In this document: positions 39,018 through 50,682 of the stretch, piece after piece | Layout of the letters: every line of letters begins with the position of its first letter | How positions within the stretch are numbered: the stretch's first letter is position 1 | DNA from: Myxococcales bacterium | GTDB lineage: Bacteria; Myxococcota_A; Polyangia; Polyangiales; Polyangiaceae | NCBI GenBank assembly: GCA_043747615.1 | Contig: JAYTOU010000035.1 | Location: 12,443 to 76,442 of the forward strand | Length of the DNA: 64,000 nucleotides | Direction of reading: 5' to 3' | Notes under the pieces: model-generated | Told to the model about the DNA's origin: nothing | The model's input: the letters and a program-made list of their open reading frames with translations, nothing else | The model's database searches: none | Translations under genes and position numbers: made by a program

Positions 39018-40259
39018 TCAGCTCACGATCTCGCGGAGCCCTTCGATGAGCCGATCGATTTCTTGGGAGGTGTTGAAGATGTGGGGGCTTGCGCGGACAG
39101 TGCCCGAGAGCTTCGCCCGCGCGTGAAGGACGTGCGCGCAGTGGTAGCCGCCCGAGACACAGATGCCGAACATGTCGGAGAGGGCGCGGGCCACATTTTC
39201 CTGAGTCATGGCCGGTGCGTCGACCACGAACGTGGCGAGAGCGATCCGCTTTTCTGCCGCTATATTTGCGGCCAAAACACGTATTTCGGGAATGGTCTTC
39301 AATCCGGCGAGAAGGTACCGCGCGAGGTGCTCGTCGTGCTTGCGAATCGTCTCCATTCCCACGGCGCGCATCCAACGAATCGCGGCTCCGAAGCCGATGG
39401 TTGCCTCGATGGCTGGCGTCCCCGCTTCGAAGCGGAACGGCGCGTCGCGGGGAACGAAGCTCCCCACGCCGACGTCCTCGTTGAGCGACACCATTCCCCC
39501 GCCCACCTGGTAGAGCGGAAATTTCGCGAGCCGCGCCCGCTTGGCATAGAGGATTCCGATCCCGCTCGGGCCGAATGCTTTGTGCGCGCTCGCCGCCAGA
39601 AAATCGACATCGAGCGCGGCCACGTCGAGCGAGAGATGGCTGAGCGATTGCGCGGCGTCGAGCAGCACGGGGATTCCGTGCTTCTTCGCGATGGCCACGA
39701 CCTCGGCCACAGGCGCGATCGCACCGGTGACGTTCGACACGTGACCCATGGCAATTAGCCTTGTTTTCGAGGTCAAAAGTGACTCGAGCGTCTCCCACAG
39801 CGGGACACCGTCGTCATCGATGGCCATCGGGATCGGCTTGGCGCGCACCCGCCACGGGAGCCAGTTGGCGTGATGCTCGCTCGCCGGAAACACCACCTCG
39901 TCTTCGTGGGTGAGCTCCATGGCGTGGGCCACCAGGTTGATCGCCTCGGTCGTCCCGCGAACGAAGACGATCTCGTCGGGCGCCGCTCCGATGAGACCGG
40001 CCACCTCGAGGCGCGCTCCGTCGTACAGGCGCGTCGCTTCTTCACCGAGCGAGTGGACGCCGCGGTGAACGTTTGCCGTGCACCTCTCGTAGTAATGAGA
40101 GACCGCATCGATGACGACTCGGGGTTTGGGGGTCGTCGACGCACTGTCGAGAAAGACGATCGGGGCGTCTCCCACCATTCGGGAGAGAAGCGGAAAATCT
40201 TCGCGCACGCGCATGGCGAGCGCATCGATCGCGATGCGATCTTCGTCACGTGTCGTCAT
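39018..40259 (-). CDS. SufS-like cysteine desulfurase (aminotransferase class V)
   Basis: NVHRGVH, EHHAN, DAAQS, SAHK (PLP Lys), FEAGTP and GYHCA motifs. Confidence 0.9.
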   Translation of the reverse strand: MTTRDEDRIAIDALAMRVREDFPLLSRMVGDAPIVFLDSASTTPKPRVVIDAVSHYYERCTANVHRGVHSLGEEATRLYDGARLEVAGLIGAAPDEIVFVRGTTEAINLVAHAMELTHEDEVVFPASEHHANWLPWRVRAKPIPMAIDDDGVPLWETLESLLTSKTRLIAMGHVSNVTGAIAPVAEVVAIAKKHGIPVLLDAAQSLSHLSLDVAALDVDFLAASAHKAFGPSGIGILYAKRARLAKFPLYQVGGGMVSLNEDVGVGSFVPRDAPFRFEAGTPAIEATIGFGAAIRWMRAVGMETIRKHDEHLARYLLAGLKTIPEIRVLAANIAAEKRIALATFVVDAPAMTQENVARALSDMFGICVSGGYHCAHVLHARAKLSGTVRASPHIFNTSQEIDRLIEGLREIVS

Positions 40260-41574
40260 GGCGTAACCCCTTCACAGCCCTCGAAACACCGGGCGAAATC
40301 GATCGGGAAGTGGCGACGAACCACGCGAAATTTCCCGCTCGGCTCGGCGGCGATCGCCGTCACCTTGCGAACGCTCAGCGTCGCATCCCCACACAATGGC
40401 GTGAGCGCTTCGCGCACCCGGGCAACCGTCTCGTCGCCACCCTCGGCCGTGAGGAGCACGTCGGCGTCAACCTTGTCGGGCGAGGGCTGGTTCACCTGAA
40501 ACTGCGCGAGCTCGTCGATCGACCCGAGAGCGCGATCGATAGCGCCGGTGGTCACGAGCTGACCCTTCGGGGTGAAGAGCGCATCCTGCACGCGACCCTC
40601 GATGCTCGCGAGCGGAGCTACGGTGGTGAAGCGACGCGGACCGCTCTCTTTCACCTGCACGAGATCGCCCACCACGAAGCGCACGAGAGGCTGCGCCAAC
40701 CGATCGAGCGAGGTGACCACTACCAGCGCGACGTCCTCGGCGCCGGGCGTCGGTACCTTCGCGCGGAGGAGCTCGACGTGGGTGGTCAGCGGCGAATGAT
40801 GGAGGAGACCGTCTTCTCCTTCCATGAAGAGAACACCGACCTCGCTCGCACCGTACAGCTGAAAAAGCGGGCCGGCGTACGCGCGACGAATGGCCCGGAG
40901 GTGCGCGCGCGTGGTGAACGCGTAGGTGAGCTGGATGAACCCGCGGACGTCGATCTTCCGGCTCGTCTCGACGGCGTGACGCGCGAGGACCGCGAGGTAG
41001 ACGGGATCGCTCTCCATCCCGATCGTTGCGTGCTTGGTGATCTCGTCGAGCATTCGCGCCATGTCGTCGGGCCGCCAGAACATCGGGTCCGGGCGCATGT
41101 TCAAGAAGAGATGCGGATCTTCGATCCGCTCTTCGAACGAGAGCTCGCCCCTGTGGCAGGTGCCGAGCCCACAGGCCGGGGTCGTCAAAACAGCTTCTTT
41201 GTAAGCTCCGAGCGCGCCGCTCATCGCCGCGTCGATCACCGCATTCGTCCGCATGGCGCGCGCTTCTTGACGGAGCCACCAACCCTTGTCCCACAGAATG
41301 CGCAGACGCTCTTCGGTCGACCCGCTCGTCTCCACCAGCTCGAGCTCTCCAGAGGCGAGCTCCGCTTTCGCGTCGCGCCCGGCGGGTACCCAGTGCTTCG
41401 GCAGGGTCATCCGCAGGTGTTTCTTGAACAAAAGAGGCGCACCCGCGAGCACCTCTTTCAGCGGGGTGGTCACGCTCGGAACGGTGCGCTCTTTTTGGAC
41501 GTAGTACGGGATGCCGCTGAACGCGCGCGCGATCGCAGCGACCGCTCGGGCCTCGTGCTCCGGATCGCGCTCGG

Positions 41575-41578
<4 letters not shown>
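40256..41578 (-). CDS. Phenylacetate-CoA ligase/F390 synthetase-like adenylate-forming enzyme
   Basis: ETSGST, YGASEVG, RFVVGD, EGR and SGKFR motifs. Confidence 0.82.
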
Positions 41579-42597
<1,019 letters not shown>

Positions 42598-42811
42598 GTT
42601 CGCTCATGATACTGCCAAAGAACGCGGCAGGATCCTCGGCAAAGTGTGCAAAAGGCCCGGTTTCGCTGAACGCATGACGGGGTGTGGCCCTCATGCGACA
42701 CCCGAATCTTGACCAATTGAATCCACCCGTTATATCCGGTGTTCATTGACTGGGGGGAACGGGCATCCGCAACACACCGCGGTCCGTGGTCAAAACCCGA
42801 AAGAGGATTGC

Positions 42812-43093
42812 ATGGGCAGTCGCCTGAGTTGGCCGCAGATAAAAGATAGCGAAATGTTCCGAGGGCGCTGGGTCGCGCTCGATGACTGCCGCTACGATTC
42901 CCGAACCGCACACCCCGTCGAGGGGACGGTCGTCGACTCCGACGAGGACTTGGTCGCTCTCTGCAGTCGGATGCAGGAAAGCGACAACAAGCACTGCGCC
43001 ATCGTCTTCTGCGACGAGACGACGGAGCCGCCGCCCTCGAGCGCCCGCCGTCCGCAGATCCTACCGATTCCGCCGCGCCCGCTCACGCATTAG
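42812..43093 (+). CDS. Small hypothetical protein (DUF5678-like)
   Basis: FRGRWVAL...VVDSDED motif; GAGGA RBS; possible TTGACC-N16-TATATC promoter at 42709-42736. Confidence 0.65.
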   Translation: MGSRLSWPQIKDSEMFRGRWVALDDCRYDSRTAHPVEGTVVDSDEDLVALCSRMQESDNKHCAIVFCDETTEPPPSSARRPQILPIPPRPLTH

Positions 43094-43130
43094 GGCGTCA
43101 CGCACCGCGGGCTTCCACGGCGCCTCGCTA

Positions 43131-44138
43131 CTACTTCACGATGGGGCGGAGGATCGTTTTTCCGTCCTTCACCGTGACCTCGAAGTCGACGGATTTGCCG
43201 GAGTGCTTTTCTCTGAGCTTTGCCGTCGATTCGCGCAGCGTTTTTGCGAGGCCGTCGAACGTCACCGCAGCCGTGGATTCTTGCTGTTTTCGCTTCGTGT
43301 CGACGAACTGCGTATAGAGCTGCCGCACGCGCTCGTCCGTGAGCTCGCCCGGGGCCCGCTCGGGCTTCGGCGCGAGAGGGGGAGGAGCAGGACGCGGCGC
43401 GGGCCGAGTGGCCGGCCGTGCAGGTGGAGGAGGGGGCACCGACGGCGGCGTGGCCCGCAAGCTCGCGGTCGCCGACTGCTCTTTGATCACGGCAGGAGGG
43501 GGAGCCGCGGGCGGTGCCGGTACGGGCGCTCGCGGAGGGAGAGCTGGGGGCACACCGGCGACCGGCTTTTTCGAGGCGATCTGGGCCGCGAGTAGGCGCA
43601 TTTTTTCCTGCAGCAACGCCGGGACGGGGGGCCTTGCGGGCGCTGCAGCGTTCGGAAGCGGCGGCGGGCGCGGAATGCTGATGGGCAGCGGCGGCGGCGT
43701 CGCGGGCATCGAAGCGGGAGGAACGGAGAAGGTGACGTGGATCTCCGAGCCGTCCTCGATCGCGTCGACGGCCGCCTCGTCCGCCTCTGAGGCGCCTCGT
43801 CTGCGTCGCCGCTTCGGCGTCCCGGCACCTTGGGCGACACCTTGGACCTTCGCGCGCAAATCGCGTTTGTACGTGCCCTCTTCGATCTGGCGGCAGATCC
43901 GCATCCAGTAGGCCTGGTACGTGTTGTACCGCTGGAGAACCATGTGGAAGCGAAACCGGAGCGCGGTGTTCCGGATCTGTTCGCGACGCAGGGTCTGGAA
44001 GCGACGCTCGACGTCTTTCCGCGGGACGTTGGGCTCGATCTTCTCGATGCCCATGAAATACTGTTCGTAGAGCGAGCGCAGGCGATCGAGGCGCGTCTCG
44101 AGCTCCTTGACGTTCTCTTCGATCTCCGCCTGCTCCAC
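43131..44138 (-). CDS. MXAN_5187 C-terminal domain-containing protein
   Basis: LYEQYFMGIEK N-terminus, Pro-rich linker, VDFEVTVKDGKTILRP C-terminus. Confidence 0.8.
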   Translation of the reverse strand: MEQAEIEENVKELETRLDRLRSLYEQYFMGIEKIEPNVPRKDVERRFQTLRREQIRNTALRFRFHMVLQRYNTYQAYWMRICRQIEEGTYKRDLRAKVQGVAQGAGTPKRRRRRGASEADEAAVDAIEDGSEIHVTFSVPPASMPATPPPLPISIPRPPPLPNAAAPARPPVPALLQEKMRLLAAQIASKKPVAGVPPALPPRAPVPAPPAAPPPAVIKEQSATASLRATPPSVPPPPPARPATRPAPRPAPPPLAPKPERAPGELTDERVRQLYTQFVDTKRKQQESTAAVTFDGLAKTLRESTAKLREKHSGKSVDFEVTVKDGKTILRPIVK

Positions 44139-44158
44139 TGCGCTCTCCCGGTCCGACC

Positions 44159-45040
44159 TTACATCGGCGAGATGGGAGTTACGCGAACGTTGTCATAACA
44201 AACCTTGTGGTCCCAGTAGGCGTTGAAGCCGAAGTGATCGTGGCCCGCGCCGACCAGAGGAGTGGGATCCGTGTAGGCAAGGTATTCGACGCCGTCGACG
44301 TACATGCGCACGGTTTTGCCGTCCGCGCGCTCTACCTTGATGTGGTAGGTCTGCCCGCTGGCGACTGGTTTTTCCTTCATATCGTCGGATGTCTTGTCGA
44401 TCTTGATCTCTTGACGATCGGCTCCGTGCTCGTTGATGCGAGCGAGAACGTGGAAGGTGTTTTTCCATCCGCCCACGATCGCAAGGTAGCTCGTCGCGTT
44501 CGTGTACGACACCGACGTGGCCGCCGACTGGCCGTCGCCCCACACCTCGGCCTTGAAGTCACCGTCGGCCGAATCGGTCGACGCGTCGAATTCAATCCGC
44601 GCGTTGACGGGCAGAACCTTGTTGAGCCAGACCCCATGGTTCTTGGCGCCGGCGACGCACATTTTCCCGTTCTCGATGTGCCAGAGCGTCGTGTTGACCT
44701 GATTCCAGTTGGGTCCGAGATCACTCGCAGGCTTGGAAACAAGGGGTAAATCGGTCTTTACCACCTCTGCGCCGTCGGCCTTCCCGGCCTCGCCAGACGT
44801 CTTGAGAACCGCCGCATCCTTGATCATTGCGAGCGCCGGCGAAGCGTCGAGGAGGGCGGGCATCGTCCCGGGGCGGTCGAAATTGTCCTCGAAAGGGGCC
44901 GTCATCACGTTCCCGCTCGGGCGGACCACGGGCGCAGGCGTCGCCGTGACGGAAGGGCCTGAATCAGAGGGGGTGCTGTTGCCGGGTGGGACGCACGCGG
45001 CCGCTACCGTGACCACGCCGAGGAAAACAATGGGTCTCAT
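44159..45040 (-). CDS. Lipoprotein with ConA-like lectin/glucanase beta-sandwich domain
   Basis: Lipobox AAAC; FEDNFDR, WHIENG, YHIKVER...MYVDG and YDNVRV motifs. Confidence 0.7.
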   Translation of the reverse strand: MRPIVFLGVVTVAAACVPPGNSTPSDSGPSVTATPAPVVRPSGNVMTAPFEDNFDRPGTMPALLDASPALAMIKDAAVLKTSGEAGKADGAEVVKTDLPLVSKPASDLGPNWNQVNTTLWHIENGKMCVAGAKNHGVWLNKVLPVNARIEFDASTDSADGDFKAEVWGDGQSAATSVSYTNATSYLAIVGGWKNTFHVLARINEHGADRQEIKIDKTSDDMKEKPVASGQTYHIKVERADGKTVRMYVDGVEYLAYTDPTPLVGAGHDHFGFNAYWDHKVCYDNVRVTPISPM

Positions 45041-45114
45041 GAGGGCCGATTTTCTAGCACAGTCCTCGAGGTATCTGGGATAGCGGGCGGTTTTGTGTAA
45101 CAAACGTCTCCGAC

Positions 45115-46593
45115 ATGCACCCGATCTTGTTTCGCATCCCGCTTCCCCATGTGCCGCTCAAGCTTTGGTGGGCCCTCGCCGCGATCGCTGCGGTGTCGTT
45201 CGTCTACGCGATCGCCATGCAACGGAAGGCGATTCGCGACAGCGCGATGTCCGGCGCGGCCGTGGCGATCCTCGCGGGTGGGACGGCTTACTACTTCCGG
45301 GAGACGCAGTTCGAGGCCCTCGACCTGCCGATTTACTCGTACGGCGTGATGCTCGGCCTCTCGCTCGTCGTCGGCTGGTACCTGACGCTGACCCTCGCCG
45401 AGAAGGACGGTCTGCCGAAGGAGACGATGGCAAACTGCTACGTGGTCACCGCCATCGCGGCCATCGTCGGATCACGTGTACTCTACATTGTTACCAACCT
45501 CGACGAGTTCAAGACGGCGGCGGACCTCTTCGCGCTTCGTCGCGGCGGCCTCGTCGCCTACGGCGGATTCCTCGGCGGATACCTGGGGAGCTGGGGTTTT
45601 CTCGCGCGTCACAAAATTCGCCTGATGCCGTGGGCCGACGTCGCGGTTCCGAGCCTTGCGTCGGGGCTGATGATTACCCGCATGGGCTGTTACCTGTTCG
45701 GATGCGATTTCGGAAAGCGCCTCCCCGAAGGCGCGCCCGGCTTCCTAAAGAAGCTCGGAACGTTCCCGCACTGGGCCAAAGGCACGATCGAGGGTGGCGA
45801 CGGATCGCCTGCGTTCATAAGGCACCTGGAGATTTACCGCGGCACGCCGCTCGGCAGCGAGCTCATGAAGACCAACGCGTCTCTTCCCGTGCACCCCACA
45901 CAGATCTACGAGTCGCTCGTCGGACTCACCCTGCTCGGGATCCTCTTGCTTCAGCGAAAGCACCAGAAATTTCGCGGGCAGATCTTTTTTACCTTCGTGT
46001 TCGGCTACGGATTTTTGCGCTTCCTCCTCGAGATCATTCGGGACGACGCAGAGCGCGGTGAGTACGGCCCCGTGATGGCGGAGCACATCCTCGTTCCGGG
46101 GGCGCTCCTTCTTCTGGCAATCGGGTTCGCCTTCGGAATCGCGCTCGGCATCAAAAATCCGACCGCACGCACCGCAGCTCGCATTGCCGCGTTCGTCCCG
46201 CCGATCGTGGCCTACCTGGTGCTGAAGCCCGCATCGTTCGGGAGCCAGATGAACGTGCAGCTGTCGACGAGCCAACTGATTGGCCTCACCACGGGTCTCA
46301 TCGTTTCCTATTTCTACGCACGCTTCTGGCAAGACGCGCGGAAGCATCCGCACATGGCCATGGCGCTCGGCGTCGACGGCGATCTCGATCACCAAGCGAG
46401 GAGCGACGACGAAGAGAGCGCCGCAGACGAGGCAGCGGACGAAGAAACCGAAGCTCAGAGCGACGACACGGCGGATGCCGCTCCCGTCCCGCGTCGAGCG
46501 AAAAAAGGGCTCAGGAAAAAGACGCCCGCGAAAGTCGAAGCGAGCGAAGACGACGCTGACGATGCTCCGGCCGGAGATCCCGCCGAAAGCTGA
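45115..46593 (+). CDS. lgt: Prolipoprotein diacylglyceryl transferase (extended)
   Basis: MHPILF, YSYGVM, GGLVAYGG, RMGC, HPTQIYE and RFLLEIIR motifs. Confidence 0.9.
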   Translation: MHPILFRIPLPHVPLKLWWALAAIAAVSFVYAIAMQRKAIRDSAMSGAAVAILAGGTAYYFRETQFEALDLPIYSYGVMLGLSLVVGWYLTLTLAEKDGLPKETMANCYVVTAIAAIVGSRVLYIVTNLDEFKTAADLFALRRGGLVAYGGFLGGYLGSWGFLARHKIRLMPWADVAVPSLASGLMITRMGCYLFGCDFGKRLPEGAPGFLKKLGTFPHWAKGTIEGGDGSPAFIRHLEIYRGTPLGSELMKTNASLPVHPTQIYESLVGLTLLGILLLQRKHQKFRGQIFFTFVFGYGFLRFLLEIIRDDAERGEYGPVMAEHILVPGALLLLAIGFAFGIALGIKNPTARTAARIAAFVPPIVAYLVLKPASFGSQMNVQLSTSQLIGLTTGLIVSYFYARFWQDARKHPHMAMALGVDGDLDHQARSDDEESAADEAADEETEAQSDDTADAAPVPRRAKKGLRKKTPAKVEASEDDADDAPAGDPAES

Positions 46594-46601
46594 GATTGCG
46601 C

Positions 46602-47654
46602 GTGAGATTTCGATCTTTTCTTTCGGCGAGCGTTGCGTGCGCACCGCTCGTTTTTTCGAGCAGCGCGTGGGCCGACAAGGTGGCGGTGTTGCCGTTCAGC
46701 GGCTCGACGAGCGTCGCCACGCGAGCGGATCTCGAGCGCGCCCGGTTGGCCACGAAGGACGCCGTCGTCGAGCACCGACACACGTTGCCGAGTGCCTCCG
46801 AGATGCTCACCGCCGAGATGGCGGTCAAAGACGGCGTCGCAGATACGAGCGAGGAGTACCGGGCGGCAGGTCGCGCTTCGAGCTCCGACTGGACGGTGTC
46901 TGCGCGGGTCGACCTCCACGGTGCGCACTACCGCATCGAGCTCGAGGCATGTCAGGTGTCGTCGGGAAGGGTCGAGTCGCTCGCGCGGGAAATCGATCCT
47001 CCGCAGGCAACCCCTCAGATCGGAGAGATGATCGCGATCCTCCTTCGTCCCGAGGGGATCGCCAACGTCGACATTCCATGGGAGCACGCTGCGCCGCCGC
47101 CGCCTCCACTTCCGCCGCCCACGCCGCCCACGCCGCCTGCGCCTCCTTCGCCTCCTTCGCCGCCGAAGCCGCCCGAGCCACCGCCGGTGCGCCATGCCTA
47201 CGCCGAAGGCCATCCGATCGCGTTTGGACTCGAAGCTGGCGGGTTCGCGGCTTTTGCTCGCCCCTCGAACGCCCGCGGCCCGAGAGGGTCGGCGAACATC
47301 GGGGGCGTCGTCGGCTACGCGATCGAGACCGTTCCCGGCTTGGAGCTTCGGGGCGAGCTTGCCGGAGCCGTCGCCGGCCCGCAGGCGGTCTACTTCGACG
47401 TCGGTGCGCGCTACGCATTGATGGTCGTCCCGACGCTTCGTATGTACGCCGGACCGGAGCTCGGTCTGGGCGGATTTTTCCCGGTGGGTGGCGACAAATC
47501 GGCTCGTTTTCTCGGGCGAGGTTCACTCTTCGCCGGTATTGGAATTGGTGAGCGCTTTCAGGTCGAGGGCTTCGGCGATCTCGCGTTGGCGCCCGGCGGA
47601 TCGGGAACGATCGCCCTCGTCGGCGGCGGAGCCCGCGTCGTCGTTCGGTTCTAA
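46602..47654 (+). CDS. Exported protein with Pro-rich linker and C-terminal outer-membrane beta-barrel-like domain
   Basis: Signal peptide, VAVLPF, poly-Pro, Gly-rich amphipathic strands ending in F. Confidence 0.7.
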   Translation: MRFRSFLSASVACAPLVFSSSAWADKVAVLPFSGSTSVATRADLERARLATKDAVVEHRHTLPSASEMLTAEMAVKDGVADTSEEYRAAGRASSSDWTVSARVDLHGAHYRIELEACQVSSGRVESLAREIDPPQATPQIGEMIAILLRPEGIANVDIPWEHAAPPPPPLPPPTPPTPPAPPSPPSPPKPPEPPPVRHAYAEGHPIAFGLEAGGFAAFARPSNARGPRGSANIGGVVGYAIETVPGLELRGELAGAVAGPQAVYFDVGARYALMVVPTLRMYAGPELGLGGFFPVGGDKSARFLGRGSLFAGIGIGERFQVEGFGDLALAPGGSGTIALVGGGARVVVRF

Positions 47655-47655
47655 T

Positions 47656-48114
47656 TTGGACCTCGTCTCCCGGCGCGACACCGTGCGGTTGGGAAAAGCG
47701 ATCGCCGCGCGGCTGGAGCCCGGAGATCTCGTGCTGCTCTCGGGAGATCTTGGAGCCGGAAAAACCTTCCTGGCCCGCTCTATCGCCCGCGCCCTCGGCG
47801 TCCCCCGCGAGCGCACGATCGTGAGCCCGACCTTTACCCTCGTGCAGGAGTACGATTGCCCAAAGGGGGGCCTGCTCGTTCACGCCGATCTCTACCGTCT
47901 GCGTGGGTCAACGAGTGGTCTTCCGAGCGAGGTTGCGAGGCTCGGTATCCGGGAGAAGCGTGGCGAGGGAGCGATAGTGATCGTCGAGTGGGGCGAGGGG
48001 ATCGAAAGTCTTCTTGGCGTCGAGGCCGCTTTCGACGTGCGCCTGCGCGTGCTCACGGACGGCGCGCGTACCGCCGAAATTTCAGGGACGAAGCAAGCCG
48101 AGCTCGCGGTGTGA
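47656..48114 (+). CDS. tsaE: t6A biosynthesis ATPase TsaE
   Basis: [27 protein letters not shown] and VEW motifs. Confidence 0.95.
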   Translation: MDLVSRRDTVRLGKAIAARLEPGDLVLLSGDLGAGKTFLARSIARALGVPRERTIVSPTFTLVQEYDCPKGGLLVHADLYRLRGSTSGLPSEVARLGIREKRGEGAIVIVEWGEGIESLLGVEAAFDVRLRVLTDGARTAEISGTKQAELAV

Positions 48115-50531
48115 TGGGGGCGATGCGTGCCGTTGCCATCGGCGCCGCCTCCGGTTTGCTCACTCTCGGGCTCGTCCGGGGATCCGTGCATCATACAAGT
48201 GACAAGACCGGAACCCACTCCGTGCGGGCGCCGGGCGGGGGCCGACTGCAAGGGCAACGCGTCGCCTACGCGCTTCAGTCGTCGCTCGGCCGGGTGACCG
48301 CGCGCACGCTCGACGGCCTGCTCACTCTGCCGATGGAGCTTTCCCTTCTCGTCGATGGAGTGCCCCAGCCGCTCCCGCTCTCGCGCCTCGAGCCACTCGC
48401 CTCTCGCTATGGGCTCGGGGCTTCAGCCGTGATCGAGTTCGGCGGAACGGCGGTCGTAGCCGTCGTCGAGTTCCATCTCGACACGCCGACGGACGCGCTC
48501 ATCGTCGAGCTCTCTCTTCCGGACACGGCGTTGCTCGGCACGCACACCGTTGCTCTGCGTCTGGATTTGCCCTCGGAGGGTCGGGTGGCCTTCGTCAGTG
48601 GAATCGGAGAAATTTCCGATAGCGCGCAGGTCTCCGGAAAAATATTGGTGATCGATGGTGACCCTCATCCCGTAGGCGTCGTCTCCGCGTCGGGCCCACT
48701 CGGCGTGCAGGCGCATTCCGAAGAAGAGGGTCCACCGTTTCACCTGGCCGTCTCGAGCCCACCGCTCACCGAAGGAGAGAGGGGCAGGGCAACCGATCTC
48801 CGCGTCACCATCGGCTCAACGGGAGCGGCAATCTGGAAGTCGCTCTACAACCTCGGCGCGATGCCTACCGCCCGCGTCGCCGGGGTGGTCACCGGAGCCC
48901 ACGAACGGGCGCGCGTCTTCGGTCTCGATGGAGACGGCGCTCCTCAAGTACGTGCGCTCCTGGCCATCGATGGTCGCTTCGATCTGGAAGTGCCGCGCAC
49001 CGTCGTCCAGTGGTACGCCGCCCTCGACACCGCACGCACCAGCGCGCCCGTCGCGTTCTTGCCGGGCACGACCTACGATCTTCGTCTCGACGTCTCCCCC
49101 GGCGGCGAGCTCCGCGTTCGCATCATCGACGGCGACACGAATTTGCCGCTCACCGCGCGCCTTCTCGTCCACGGCATCGACGGCACCCTCGACCCGAGCT
49201 TCGGGCCTGATTACCGCGCCTCCGGTGCAGGCCCGATCATCGATTCTCTCCGCGGCGAGGTGGCCACGCCTCTCCCTGCCGGGCGTTATCGGGTAGCGGC
49301 TACGAAGGGGCTCGAGTGGAGCATCGACGCCAAAGTGGTGGACATCGTCGGCGGCCGCGGCGTCTCCGTCGATCTCTTTCCGCGCCACGTCGTTCCCACC
49401 CCCGGCGTCATCGGCTGCGATCTTCACGTTCACGCCAGGCCGAGCTTCGACACGCCGGTCTCCGCCGAAGATCGCGTGCTCTCTCTCGTGTCCGCAGGGA
49501 TCGATTTTGCGGTTCCCACGGAGCACAACATCGTCGGCGATTACGTGCCCGCTCTCGAGACGCTCCACCTCGAGGGCGAGATGCTCACCGTCCCTGGGGT
49601 CGAGATCACCACCTACAGTCCGCGCCTCGGTCACTTCGGCCTCTTCCCGTATCCGCGCGGGACAACGGTTCCCCGCTACCGTCACAGCAACATCAATCAA
49701 GTCTTCAACGATGCCCACCGCGGGGATCCCAACCGCATTCTGCAGGTCAATCATCCGCGCTTGCCCAAGGGCATCGGTTACTTCGAGCTCTTTGGATTCA
49801 AGCCAAACGCGCCGAACCCTCCTCGCAACATGCGCACCGACTTCGACAGCATCGAGGTCTACAACGGCTACGATCTCCCGTTCCCCGCGCGGATCGACGC
49901 CGTCCTCCGCGACTACTACGCGCTCCTCAATCAGGGTCATCACTACGTCGCGACGGGGAGCAGCGATTCTCATCGCATCCAGTACCAGTGGGCGGGCTAT
50001 CCGCGAACGCTGGTGAGCGTGGGGCCCGAGGCCGACGCGGGGGGGCCCTTCGATCCGCTGAAGGTCGTCGCGCAGCTGAAAAAAGGACACGCCGTCGTCA
50101 CAAGCGGTCCGATCATCGAGCTCACCGCCAACGGCGCTGGGCCCGGAGACGAGGTCTCCCTCCCGCTAGGCGCAGAGCTCAACGCGCACGTCCTCGTTCG
50201 CGCGGCACCGTGGGTCGACGTTACCTCGATTGAGGTGATCGTGGGTGGACGTGTGATGAAGACGATCGATGTCCCGTCGCGCCCGACGCAGCTTGGTCTA
50301 GAGATCGGAACGCGCGAGGAAGCATTTGCGAGGACCATCCGTTTCGTTGGTGAAGTCGCTATTCCCATCACTGAAACGAACACATGGTTTTTGATTCTTG
50401 CGCGAGGTACGCGTCGCTTGGACGACGTTCTTCCGTTCATGCCCATCCCGCCGCTCGGTCTCACGAATCCGATCTGGATCACCCGAAGTGGGACAACAGG
50501 CGACAAGGGCGCCGTCGACCAAAACCCCTAA
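48114..50531 (+). CDS. CehA/McbA family PHP-domain metallohydrolase, exported
   Basis: CDLHVH, TEHN, GVEIT...GHF, NHPR and GSSDSH motifs; TGATG coupling with tsaE. Confidence 0.85.
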   Translation: MGAMRAVAIGAASGLLTLGLVRGSVHHTSDKTGTHSVRAPGGGRLQGQRVAYALQSSLGRVTARTLDGLLTLPMELSLLVDGVPQPLPLSRLEPLASRYGLGASAVIEFGGTAVVAVVEFHLDTPTDALIVELSLPDTALLGTHTVALRLDLPSEGRVAFVSGIGEISDSAQVSGKILVIDGDPHPVGVVSASGPLGVQAHSEEEGPPFHLAVSSPPLTEGERGRATDLRVTIGSTGAAIWKSLYNLGAMPTARVAGVVTGAHERARVFGLDGDGAPQVRALLAIDGRFDLEVPRTVVQWYAALDTARTSAPVAFLPGTTYDLRLDVSPGGELRVRIIDGDTNLPLTARLLVHGIDGTLDPSFGPDYRASGAGPIIDSLRGEVATPLPAGRYRVAATKGLEWSIDAKVVDIVGGRGVSVDLFPRHVVPTPGVIGCDLHVHARPSFDTPVSAEDRVLSLVSAGIDFAVPTEHNIVGDYVPALETLHLEGEMLTVPGVEITTYSPRLGHFGLFPYPRGTTVPRYRHSNINQVFNDAHRGDPNRILQVNHPRLPKGIGYFELFGFKPNAPNPPRNMRTDFDSIEVYNGYDLPFPARIDAVLRDYYALLNQGHHYVATGSSDSHRIQYQWAGYPRTLVSVGPEADAGGPFDPLKVVAQLKKGHAVVTSGPIIELTANGAGPGDEVSLPLGAELNAHVLVRAAPWVDVTSIEVIVGGRVMKTIDVPSRPTQLGLEIGTREEAFARTIRFVGEVAIPITETNTWFLILARGTRRLDDVLPFMPIPPLGLTNPIWITRSGTTGDKGAVDQNP

Positions 50532-50682
50532 AATTCTCGCGTAGAAAACGGCCTGCTCACTCGCCCGCACAAGACTTCGATGATACGTTGTGCGCGTGTG
50601 ACGGGCCGAAGACGCTTGCGCAAAACAGACGGAAGACAGAACAGAGTTGGGGGCGGGGCGTGATCGTCTGGAAAACAAAGGC

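Noticed and set aside
38182..39798. 538-aa ORF as a single gene
   Set aside because: Its 5' half overlaps the SufS-like gene out of frame; the real start is the signal peptide at 39015.
47090..47186. CCG-rich repetitive tract (also about 43370-43720)
   Set aside because: Encodes Pro-rich linkers; not a CRISPR array or REP element.
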